In this document: in pieces, positions 1-12,400 of the stretch
Layout of the letters: each line of letters opens with the position of its first letter
How positions within the stretch are numbered: position 1 is the first letter of the stretch
From: Phoronis australis
Lineage: Eukaryota > Animalia > Phoronida
Direction of reading: 5' to 3'
Length of the DNA: 64,000 nt
Assembly (NCBI GenBank): GCA_002633005.1
Contig: NMRA01000539.1
Location: 186,001 to 250,000 of the forward strand
The notes under the pieces: model-generated
The model's input: the letters and a program-made list of their open reading frames with translations, nothing else
Databases searched by the model: none
What the model was told of the DNA's origin: nothing
Position numbers and translations under genes: made by a program

Positions 1-45
1 GAACTATTCATTGCAGCTTTCTTTAGAGAACATGGTCTATTACAG
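1..45 (+). CDS. 3' end of a coding exon (ELFIAAFFREHGLLQ, phase-0 donor); LMF-like, identity uncertain
   Basis: Open frame 1-45 followed by a consensus donor CAG|GTAAG. The peptide aligns without gaps to the end of the LMF2 penultimate exon in this window ([15 protein letters not shown]|GT, also phase 0). Only 15 codons are visible. Confidence 0.55.
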
Positions 46-3000
46 GTAAGCTTTTAATACTCATTGTTCGTTGATGGAGTGTAATTCAGACTGAATTCAG
101 GGGGTGTTTAATACATCTTTGGTTCACAAATGTTTGTATTTGAGACCCTCGAAGTTTGCATAGAAAACAGGTATTGATTGTAAGTCTGCAAGCATGCCTA
201 AGTTGATATTTGAAGTTGGAGGTTCATTGCAAATTTGTCATTCTTTAAGAGTATGGATAGCATATCCATGTCCATCATATCTCAATATGCGTTGGTCTTT
301 GCATATAAATTATTGAACAGTAGTGATTGTTTGGCAGCAGAAATCCCCTTTTCCGTTGTTTAGATTATTTGTAGCTATGATTTATTTCCTCTAGTTATTG
401 ATTCTTCAATGTATGGCATTTTGTTTATTATTGATGTAACCATGGCTGCCGTCTTCCGTAATGGCAAGTCTCAAGTATTGCGCTTCATACTCCTGGGAAT
501 GCATGTGCTTTGCATGTTCTTTTGATAGGAAACAAAAATACATTCATTTTTAAATGAAATTTTTAATGCTTTTTGAGTGTTAACCAATGCAACACAAACA
601 GGTGAGACAAGTGATCCAATGAATACGTAAATAAACGTGTCTTACATAATATGTGAAGTTCATTGAAGTTTTCTGTATTCCGCTTCACACCCATAACTGC
701 AGCACTGCCATCTATAGTTTGTCAAGTTAACTGTTGTAAACCATTGGTATTCAAATACTTCAACCTGTTCTAGCTAACAGTAGTTTTCCTTCTTTTATAC
801 CGTATGTTGTGTAATGCAAGAATTCAGCCAGACTAAAGCCGCAGTGATTTGAAAAGGTAGATGAGCATGATCAAGCAGGAATAGTGTAAAGGATCCAGAT
901 TAGGCTACAGAGATCAAATTGAGGATCTCTTAATGAACAATGATGGTGCTCATAATTACAGGCTTAGTCTCAATGGTTTCCAGGGTCTTGGTTCACCTGG
1001 AGGCAATACAGCTGCTCTGTAGTCACACACCATCTCTCGAGTGCACAGAAAGCTCAGAAAGTGACTGAAAGATTGACATGGTTCACATCTTGAATGTTAA
1101 TTCACAAAAGTAGCAAAAATGGTTTCCTTAATCCTGGACACTGGCCATTGTCCTACAAATTACGGGACGTGCTGGTAAATTTCAAGACAAATGTGATTGG
1201 TTGTTTATTAAGAAATGCTTTGAATGTCGTCTTAAATCAGGGCATTGCATTCACCACTATGTACCTTTGTCTGAAACTGAATATGGAAAATTAGCCACAA
1301 ATTTCACCTTACACATGAGGGACATCACCCATGTCTGGCTTAACAATCGCCTGCAGAATTTCCAAATTTTCACGTTTAACCGTCTACACTTGGATTCCTG
1401 CCCACCCCTATCTACTTGATCCAACACTTTCTGTAAAGCTCCTATGGATCTTGGTAAATGCCTAGTATCTCCTGTAAATTTTAGCTCCCAAAATATACAA
1501 AAGCTTTGATAATCAACAAAGTTTTATCAGCACCTGTACTCACCTGCTGTGTTTCATTTTACTCTTGCCGCACCAGTGTTTACCCATTTCAATGTTCTGG
1601 TAAACACGCAGCCCTGACAAAAACTTTCGCCCATGCTCTACTTCATGCCGTTCCCTGATATTTGAGTTCCTTAAAGCTAAAGCCCCCTGGGCGTTATTGT
1701 GGACAAGTGTGATTTCATGCCACTGAAGGTAATGCAATGAATTATATATTTTGATGTAGTATTTCATCAAAAACATAAGGGATCGTGTTCTGATATAAAA
1801 AACAACTTTCATCATATGGAGTATTTGCCACTCCTAAGCAGTATTATTGAGTTCATATCCTTCAAACTGAATTACGTAGATTGACATAAAACGCCTAGAG
1901 TATAACCCCCAACGGCAATGCTGCTTTGGCGACTAAAACTATGGTGCCATGAAAAGCAATTTATGTGAGCATGGCCTAAATCAAAGACAAAGTGATTTTT
2001 TCTAAGCTGGGAACAATTTCCAAGTCAGCCAGGTGTGATGGTAATGGGCCTGAATTAAAAGCTTGGTATTTGATGAAAGGCATGGATTTGTTGCCCTTTA
2101 AGGTTGCTATGCTTTCATCCATCTGTCAAAAAAGAGTGGATTTTGGTATCGAAGAATCAGTCACGACTTGTTTTGTGCTCTGATTGGAAGAGTTTTTTCT
2201 GGACTTTGGAAGAAGTGAGTGGTTGCTCTTGATCAGGCTTGGGGGGGGGGGGGNGGTGGGGCATCACACTCTTAGCCAAAGGCGAGATGACTAGAAATAA
2301 GGTTCTATGATAGCTAGCGCCAGATGCATCCATGTTTAAAAGGTTGCACAATAAATTAAGAATCAGATAGTATTGAATATCATTGAGCCATCGAAGATCG
2401 AAATAGTGTCATTTACATACGGCAATTCTTTGCTTATTTAGCATACAATATGGCCGACAGATGAAGTTCCATTTTGCCAAATTTCTCCACATAGATGAAA
2501 GTCAAGAAAATTTTAGTGTATTACTAGCATGGTTTGTGCAGTGTAGAGGTCATAAAACAACTTTTAGTAGATTTCCATTCTTTGGAAAATGGAAAAATGA
2601 AAATTAAGACAATCACTACGGTACTATAAAAAGTGATCTAATGATGGCCATATGTACTATCTGATAGCACGCTATTTCATTGACATATTTAAATGAGCAA
2701 TGGCAATCGTGTAAATGAGTGATCGCTGTACGATGGTCTCATAATTGACGAGTTTTATTGATAGAAAGTCCAACGCCAAAAATTAAATTGCCACTAAATG
2801 GATGGAGTACGCCCATGGTACACGAAAATTTGTGACTAACCTCAAAGTGTCGTGCAGTTCTTGATGTAAAATCTCACACAATATGGTGGACAGGTGACAT
2901 TGTATTTTCTCATTTTTTTCATAAATAATGCATAGTTCCAGAATGATGCTTTGAGTATCATAATAATGTGAAGAAGCCCTTTAAAAAGAAATCTGCAATT

Positions 3001-3462
3001 TTGGCAATTATTTTCATCGAAAATTGTTGAAATTTTTCGAAAGGTACTACGTATTGGGATACAGGAGAAAAGCATTCCTGTATAAAGACACAGATACATC
3101 GGGCATTCATCAATATTCTTGTTATGCATGTTTATCTCTTGACAACTGGTCAATAAATCCACTTACCTAAGAGTTCTACTGAGTTTTATGCATCGGTCAT
3201 TGTCCTATGGTATGAATCGATAATATTTTTAGCGTAATCTTCATTTTAAGATATAGTTATTCTACACCTATTCATGGCGGCCTGGTGGAATTTTATCTGG
3301 TTAAAGTTCTTACGAAAAACACAACAATAACAAATGTTAAACTCTACTGTTAGCCGAGCTCCGGCTTGGGCTCCTACTCGTATCTCTGTCACGAAATAAC
3401 TGACCTTTGAATTTTTTTCCTTTTAGTAAGATGTGATACTTGTGTGACTTATCTATCCTCAG

Positions 3463-3567
3463 GTTTTTTCACACTCCCAGATGCCATCCACAAACGGCTA
3501 TGAAATGCCACCTGTTAGGCTAAATAAGACCACTCACTGTGTGTTACATGACTCCCAGTTGAGCTAA
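3463..3567 (+). CDS. Candidate terminal coding exon (VFSHSQMPSTNGYEMPPVRLNKTTHCVLHDSQLS*) for the exon ending at 45
   Basis: Acceptor ttatctatcctcAG|G, 34 open codons in phase 0, then TAA. Followed by ~5 kb without recognisable coding exons and AATAAA signals near 8667 and 8814. No homology recognised. Confidence 0.3.
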   Translation, partial: VFSHSQMPSTNGYEMPPVRLNKTTHCVLHDSQLS

Positions 3568-6500
3568 GATATATGTACTTCTTATCTTAACCTCCATTGG
3601 AAGACTGCTGTGCCGTGACAACATGTTGACATGATCCAAACAACCTGTTTACAAAACTGTAAATAGTATCTCTAGGACATATTCATTTCTCTATACCACA
3701 ATTAAGTTAGTGAATTATAGGAACGCAGTGTTAACTAACATACCTGCTGAGTTTTCTGAATGTATCCTGATCTATTCATCTTCAGTCTGTGATTGACAGT
3801 GTCTCAGTAAAAAATGTCTGTACGTGGGTTAACTGAATATAACGGGCTGTCTCCACAGTACACCATTATAGCAAGTTAGACAGAAACAAAAATAAAAAAA
3901 ACATCATTTGATCAGTCGACTAATATGTCATACGAGCGGCATACAGCTCACATATTCAACACACCTGTTAGATCTTAGAACGCCTCTGAAACTTGGTGCT
4001 AGTTCCAAAGTTTTCAACGAACTCCTCGGTGAGTGCCAATCTGTTACGGCAGAATCCTTATAACACTGTTTCGATCCCCATCACAACCACTCAGCATTGC
4101 TAAAACCAAAAGTATACATGAAATAGGTCATTTCATTTACCTGACCTTGCTACCACACCTCACCACAGTCAGATGATCTCAGCATTTCTCCTGTACTGTT
4201 ATTTCTTTGTATTAACACAAAATATCTGATTGACTGGAACAGAATGTTGTAAATATACCAGCCAGGCATTGTGCTGACCCATGCCAGCATAGAAGTCTTT
4301 AGAAACCTGCCCACAGTAGGAAAACATCAACAGAATTCACTGATTTCTTTCTGTTGGTAGTACCAGTGAATGGAGCAGAATACCAAGGCTTAGTTTGGTC
4401 TGTGTTTGGTCAATTGACCACGGACAATAGACCATCTCTGTACTGAATGAAGATTCTGATAGAGTGTGTTTGTACTGGCTGTTTACATTCTAATATTGAT
4501 TAAACACTTCCCACAGCCCTCCTTAGTAGTGACAGGTAGCACAAGTCACTGGATTATTATTTCCCTGTCAAAACCCTAATTTCATTTGATGAAGAAATCT
4601 CGTGATTGGATTCTCGGCTCCCTGGTGTCGATTACTTATCCCACATTGTGAGCCAATTTTTTGGAATGAATTGCTTTTACACTGAGATATCCAGTTACTT
4701 TATAACCTTTTCCTGAGCTGTGTATTGTGTTTACACTTACATGATTGTGCAAAATAAAAAGAGCAGAGGTTTTATCGTCTAGTTTAAGACCCCTTAACGC
4801 AAACACGAAAACCTACTTTGTACACGAGAGACCCATGGTATCTTCTCCAGATTACGAACGCTTGAACATTATGACCACCAGAAAGTATGGCCAGTGAAGA
4901 TTGGCATTTTGAGCCCTTTCTATGAATAAACTCATAATCTCGCACCCAGTTATACTCCTTATCCCTTATTGAACAATCACGCCAAAACAACGCTAAAGCG
5001 ACATTTCTTCCTTTGGTTGTTAGTGATGCAAAGTGCGAGCAAAATTTGCACAGTGCCAAGAATGTCATTGTGCGCTTTAACCCTCCAAGGTATGCTAGAT
5101 CTGATCGATCACTTCATAATTGTTAAAATGTTGAGATAGTCTGTCTTGCCGCTCAGGTACATTACGTAAACTAATGACATGCCAACTGAGTAACCACTGT
5201 TTTCCCATAAGATGGACAAAGGCTGATCTGCTAGGCCGTAACATCACAAAGTAACTGATCTATCTTATCATAAAACAGCCTATCCTCCTTCTCATTATAT
5301 ATGAAAGAGCATTATGAGGTTGTGCCTGAGCAGACGTCTAATGAGCATTCGAATGCTAGTTTTGTTTCAGGGTTCTAAAATGCGTCTAAATTGTTGTAGA
5401 ACAACGCAATTATAGGAGTCTAAATTGAGTCCCCAGTGGGAGGTGATAAGTTCATGTGTTGTTCTATACCTGCGTGTCAATCATTTGTTTCCCCTCAAGT
5501 AGACTGTATAAACAATCGCCATGGCAACAGTTGTTATACTGAATTGCTCAATGGAAAGAGCCATGGGCTTTGGTTCACCAAGGGAGTTACCTTCTGTGTG
5601 TACGAGAAATGTCTCGTTTTAAGATTTATAGAAAGCTTGAAAATCGGTTATTATCCAAGGATTTTTGGGATTTGGTTAAGTTAGATTGTGAAATCCAAGT
5701 TAAAAGATTCTGTGCTTGACTAGGATCTAGAATTTGAAAGCATATTTAAGATGCTCTAGCTTTTCTAGCTTTGTTGAAAAGTTGTTTATGATAAACTAAC
5801 CAAAACATTCCAAGCCTGCAGTTTAGGAATGGATTTGGAATACAATTACTTGATTTACTAACATCTCAATACATTTTACTCCACATGTTCGTGTTCATTT
5901 TAACATCACACGTATTTCACAAGAAAATGGGGTTAGGTCTAGGAATAGTCATTTTGGATGTGGCCCTATCCATAACCAACCGTCTCTATGTAATAATGAA
6001 GTGACCACCAGTTTCAGTAGCTTAGCCAAGACTGAATAGCAGGCAACATGTTCAATCCTGCACCCTAATGGAAAACGGTTACCCCTTAGGAACACCAGGG
6101 TTCACTAGAATCAGCAGAACTCATAGCTTTTGACTGGCCTGTACTATACTATCCTTATGTTTTGTACCTGTTTGTCTTTGGATTATAACGCCCAATCCAT
6201 TAGCACAAACTGATAGTTAAGCAGCCTACCTCAATCCATGGTGAGCTCTTTTCCAAGTTGGGATTGATCTGGAATTTAGCCTTGTGTACAATCAGCTGTG
6301 TGATGATTGTATACCTAGTGGTATCAGATAGCTGTCTATTGATTCTTGATCCCCATGGTTGGTAACAACATTGTGCCTGTGTGAATGCATTGAGTAAGAC
6401 AGGCTGGTGGCAGGCCTGCAGCTTTCATGAATTTTGTAAAGGTGGGCGTTCATCTCAGTTTTTCTTGGCACAGCTTATTATAGTCTCAAACGGATGTCAA

Positions 6501-9495
6501 ACCTTTCTTAGTATGCTATATAATTTTTTATTGTATGGGGATGCTCCCGGAACTCAAAGTACAAAAGTTTTCATTGACAGTTCCTGAGAAATTTGCAAAA
6601 TATTTTGTTCACACGTCAAACATGACTCCAGAATTTTCCCCTCACTTGGCTTACTTTTTGAGTTACAAGCTCCAACCCATTGTAGCCCAAATCGATTCAA
6701 CTCGGCCTTTATTTCCGTTATCAGGACCGTAGGATGATCATGCAACAAGACGTTATTTTAAATCCATACACATATTAAACAAGTTCTTACTCTGTTTGCC
6801 CAGTCAATGTTTAAATGTCTGCCTACTGGCCGGTGTGACTTTTGGAACAGCCAAAGTCTTGCAATGGATATAAGCTCACTGTGCACGGGTTGATTTTAAG
6901 AGAAGTAATTTTCTAAAAGTGAATTCAGTTGTAAATTTTCCATAATTGTTCATAACACTTCATCGCTTTTCTTGCAAATAACAATAAATAACAATCCCTT
7001 AACCTGGAACTTGCACGCTAATTCCTTATCTTTATGGTTGCTTGATGGTCAAATTCGTTAGAAGCACACGATTGGAAAATGAAGTAGGTTGAAAATTGCC
7101 AGTTTTCTAGAACAAGTTTTGTGGAGAAAATGATGCTTCACAAATCACTGATCCATGTCCAGTAAGTATTGTGACGTGATCATACTACGTGATGCATGCA
7201 TGCCATATGAGCTCTCCAGGTATATCATAAGTCCAAAGGTCTTCTATTTGAAGATTTTTTTTTCGTTTTCGCATTTACAATTTGTCTGTGAACACAACTA
7301 CATTTTGTTTAGCGTAGATTATGTTAAAAAAGAATTGACATTTAGTTCCTGCTGTACATTATTAGCATAGTTTGGAGGGTGCACATCTTTAAAATGATTA
7401 GAATTAAGCTTTCACGTGCGACTCCCTAAGTATGACAAAGCCAAGTTGCGGGAATTGCAACTGTTTATACTTTTTATGAATTCTGTTATATATTGTTAGC
7501 TTTTGACCAGTTTTATGTTCTTAGAGAAGAGAAGTGCTTATTCTAAATCACAGGAATGTTAGTAGTGCGAAGTGAGGGTGATCTGTTCTTGGCATTGTTT
7601 GCTCTGATCAGATTTTTGTTGCTGACCTGGGCTAGGTTGAATAAATATAAAACTTTATTGCCTGATTGTTGCCTGGCAAAAAGAGGCAACATGATGTGTG
7701 ATACTTTGATGTCATTTTGGCTAACCAATACATGATTTATTGGGATCATGATCCTTGCTGTAACAGCATGTATGCAGCCTATGACCACATGAAATTGGTG
7801 CATAATACTGACTGATTTACCCTAGGTTGGCAATTATGCCATTGATACTAAAATTGACTTTCCACGCACATACTAGTGGTGACAATGCTAGCAGTCTTGG
7901 GATATCTCAAACTGGTAGCGAAAGTGACTCTCGCAACCATTGATCTTCTCGCATCACGCTGGCGTCAGTGTGGACAACCTGTCAGTGTGAACAGGCTGTC
8001 AGTTGACAAGAATCAGTGAGTTTCTTGCCCTATTTTCACTTGGCTTCTGTGGCTATTTTTACGAGTTTAAAGCTTATTCATTAGTTCAGTTCAAGTAACA
8101 GAAAAATGAAGTGACGCTATACTCCTTACCTTTCTGCTTGTTCATCATCCGCTCAATGGGAATTGGAGATAAGGAGGTCGTCCTTCATAGCAACGTCTTT
8201 GTTGCTAGGTCATGGTGGTGTGACACCTCAGACAAGGTGTATTAACTGTGCACCTATCTGTTTCAACGAGTTTACATTTTCCTTCCCCCCCCGAGATAAG
8301 GACAGGGTTTGAATTATTTATTTAATCATTATGTTATCTGATAGGAGGGCAGTAGGGTCATCCATCATTTAATGAATTGACTTCCACGAATTATGAATAT
8401 TTGTAGCGTTGTCTATTATGCGAAATGCATTTTAGTGTTTTTATTTTTTATATTTATATATATGTTTATAAACATTTCCAGTTGTCAGGTGCGCTGTACT
8501 TACTTTGCTAATGTGTAATGTTACAATGATATTTGAGTTTGGTGCATTGTAATTATTTAGTTATTTTGCACAAAATTAATTGCAAAATTCTCTGTTTTGT
8601 AAGTGATCAAATGTTAACTCGTTGTTTATGTCGTTTGTATATAGTAATAACCTCGCTAACATAAGAATAAATATTGGGAATATTTTTGACTGTTTTGACC
8701 GTAAAATTTCACTTGTCCATCGTAGTACATACAGAATCAGTGATTTCATAAACGCATGTAATGGAGTTTTAACGATATCGATGAATGCGTGACGTCTTGC
8801 ATTCCACCGCATAAATAAAGTCAACGGAGCTTGTTAAAAGCTGGGCATAGTTAAAAAGCGCAGCATGCAAAGGAGTGTGATGAATTTTATTCATGTTTGT
8901 TGCTCGTGTGGACAAGTGCCTGTAATTGGTAAAATGATTTTAGCTCGTATTTTGTACCCATGATGGGGTGAGAGAAACTACTGGATAATCCAATTGTATG
9001 GTAAAATCTTTCCAATTTCGGACAAAAACAATTGGCAAAATTGTCTTTTTATCATTTTCTAAGGCTTTCTTCAATTGTTATCCAGAGTTTTAAAAAAATG
9101 TGATGGTAGGCATCATAATAATCTTGAACATTGTAAAACAATAATTTTGTGGAATATATTTTATATTAAAATGATAAAATGAATAAAATTTCAACTATTA
9201 GCCACATTGTGTCCTAAATTGGTGAGGTTTTACCGCACAAGATTATCTACTGGTCGAGCATTTACTGGAGGTGCCAGAAAATCACAGGCCTGGCTAATTC
9301 CGTTCTAAACTTGAACTGCATCAGTTCGTTTGTAGGTTCACTCTCAAAAAAAATACAATATCTAATATAAAGAACATTTTGAGTCTAGTTTGATAGCATG
9401 AATTTGTTCATTATTTCATATTTTGCACAGGAGATTAGAGAATGCAGCTTTGGGTATATTTATGTATAACTCATCAGAACTGTTTTTTGTTTCAG

Positions 9496-12400
9496 ATCTT
9501 TTTGATGATCCTAATTCTACTGACGGGAAACTACAATTTCTTTAACTTGCTCACATGTATATTGTGTCTCCCTCTGTTGGATGATAAGTTCTTTGGGAAA
9601 CCTCACTATGGTAAGTTGAGAATTTCCATACTCAGCTGTATCCATGGTAATTGTAAATGTTAGTTGTGAGTTGCCTGACCCTCAGCATAACATCAACTTG
9701 CCAAATGCGACCTGCAAAATACTTGGGAACTAAGGTCGACAGAAGAAGAAAACCTGGTATTGGCGGGTTTCAAAAGTTCTGGCATCCACAATTTATGCAT
9801 AGTTTGTAACAGCCAAAACTGAAATAAACCAGATAACTAATTTTCAAAATAGCCGCATCATATTGAAATTCTCTTTCCCACCAGACAAAGATCAAGTTTG
9901 TGGTAGACAGGCGCTGAGCGCCACCTACAGTAATGCCGACGGGAGGTTTCAACTGATGGTATCAATGGCATTTTAATACCTTTCCTGCTAGGATAATGCT
10001 GGCAAATTTGCACAGCTGTGTGGTAGTGTGTAGTAATGGATTATGAAAAATGGCAAACATTTTGAAATATCCAGGGATGAAGGACATGTTACATACATTT
10101 CTCACAGCAAAGAAGAATCCACAGCTGCGTAATCAGTGGTTGTGACTGACAAAGCGGGAGAATTTCAATTCCAGGCGATGTCAAAAGGCTAAAAATTATA
10201 AATTTGTCAACTTAGCCTAATAAAAATGAGAGAGGCTGACAGTGGAATTTATTCCTCTGTAGCAATTGGATTTCTTGTCCGCCAGAGATAAAACGGAAGT
10301 CGCTTTTGCACTCTCATTACTCCAGGGATCGCTAATATGAAAAGTGCACTATTGAAGAATAGTAAATGGCAGCCAAGATGCACCTGAGATCACCCAGACA
10401 CTGCGAAGTTTGAGTGTTCCACCAGTTCCCTCCTCGAGTCCGATATCTCACACAAGGTCATCTCCTGAGACAGAAGCAGACGATCAACACACATTACCTA
10501 CACTTGCATGACTAATTGGTGAACCATTCTGATTATTGACAAATGATTCCGACTCTTGTCTCTTTACTCCATATTTCGAGTGCGTGTTCAAATATGTGGG
10601 ACATTTTTACCAGGTCACCATACAAAATCTGAGTTCTCAATATATATCGAGCCCCAATTCATGTTTTGGTTATTTTACACTCGCCTACTTTTGCTTAGTT
10701 TCTATTGACAAAAATAAGTGATAGGTTGATTTTCAAGAAACAAAATGGTGACTAGCCATGTGGGACGGGTAACTTAGTGCCACCTGGCTGTACCAGGAGG
10801 TACTTCTTCTCAGCGGGTGGTGCTGGGGAACATGTTTGACATCATGAACAGACCATTTTACAGAAAAGTGACATGACAAGATGTATTCTAAACAAAAATG
10901 AAGTTGCCTTCTTGTCCTCTAGAGGCCACTAGTATGCGGTCTCACATACATGTTTGCCACGTTGCTACTTAAATGTCTCCAGTTAGAAAGTTGATACCTA
11001 ACAGAATAGGATTTCAATTGGTGCTGTGAAAACACTGACCTCCTGCTGAAATGTCATGTCTGATCATTTGAATTGTGTGCTCCATAGAGTGGGGTATTTT
11101 AGTCTCAGAGAAGTTTATTTACTTGGAATGATGAGAGAGTTTAATGGTCAGTTCAGGATTTTGTTCTTTGCAGACAAAGACTTTTTCGAGACTCTTCCAT
11201 ATGTCGGTCGCCTGTGGAAGCTGCTCAAGGTGCTCATTGTCTTGGCAACCATAGCGTTGCTAACCTACCTGAGTGTAAAGTGTTTTGATCTCAGACTGAA
11301 CAATAACTTCACAGTGTATTCTCGCGTGGGTGAGTTGCTGGAATATTGAAAATGAAATGAAATTCACAGGCTTCAATGCTTTTAATGTCACAAGTTGTTT
11401 TCCCAAAGGACAAAGGCATTGCTGAAAAAATGGACTAGTTGAATGTATTGCCCAAGGATGGGGTGGTCTCCTTGTGGGGAATCCTCTGAGTCACATTGCC
11501 ACTGCTGTGCAAAGAATGACATGGCTTCTTCAGTCTTTGCCAGTATACCTGCTGAGTATTCCCAGCAGTCAGTTTGATGTCCTGCTGTGGCTGTGTTGAC
11601 GGACATGCTCTTTTGGTAGAATTCCTGTGAGTAATAAGTAATTGCATTTGAGATTTAGAACTTTTTAAATTTATGTAGGATACTAGGAAATGTCCGAATT
11701 TGGCTAATGATCGTCAAAAATAATTGGCATTGTATGAAACTTTGACATACTGGGCTTTATCCACTGTTCTCCAAGGTTTTGTGAGGACTAGTTTGTAAAT
11801 TGTTCAACTTTTGCTTGATGGCTATCAATTTTATGATTGTTTAAGAAAACAGACAACAGGGTTTTTCAGATATCTTCTCTAGCATCTTCACCAAATGATG
11901 TTTAGTCGAGTTGTTGTTGTTTTGCAGTGAATGTATTTTCTTTGCTATATTTTACTAAAAGATGTGGTCAGGTGATCCAGTTCATGACTGATGAAAAGTC
12001 AAAAGTCAAATTCACAGACTTTCTGCTTTCAGAAAATATTATTATTTTTATTAGTATTTTGTGTAGATATTTTGCTAATTGCACATAGACTTGTCAATAA
12101 AATTTCATGTAAACTTAGTGTCTTGTTGACCGATTTCCTGTGCATGCTCGTAATTTAGTTTGCAACTACAGTTCTTTCACGGATTGCCCTGGTGTTGTTT
12201 CTCTATTAATACGATGATGACATGTTTATATTTATTTAAATTTCAGCCTTTTCTCAGAGGGAATTTCAGGACTTTGTATCAAAGTGTCTCCCTGTGACAG
12301 TGTGGATAGGGGCCGTGTCATTAACCTGGGAAGTTATCAAAGCTCTTGCAAGGTGATGCTGATGTCTTGGAAAAAATGGATTTTGGTTCAAAGTTTTAAC

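Noticed and set aside
3745-3790. Second hammerhead-like core on the minus strand (CTGAAGA-tgaat..attca-GAAA)
   Set aside because: No stem I complement after a cleavage triplet, no stem III and no PLE context.
8007-8027. Iron-responsive-element-like hairpin (CAGTGA loop)
   Set aside because: The upper stem does not give five pairs with a bulged C at the canonical position.
10326-10511. Coding-looking Ser/Pro-rich stretch after an acceptor-like site in an LMF2 intron
   Set aside because: All frames from the acceptor hit stops, and there is no suitable donor or homology.
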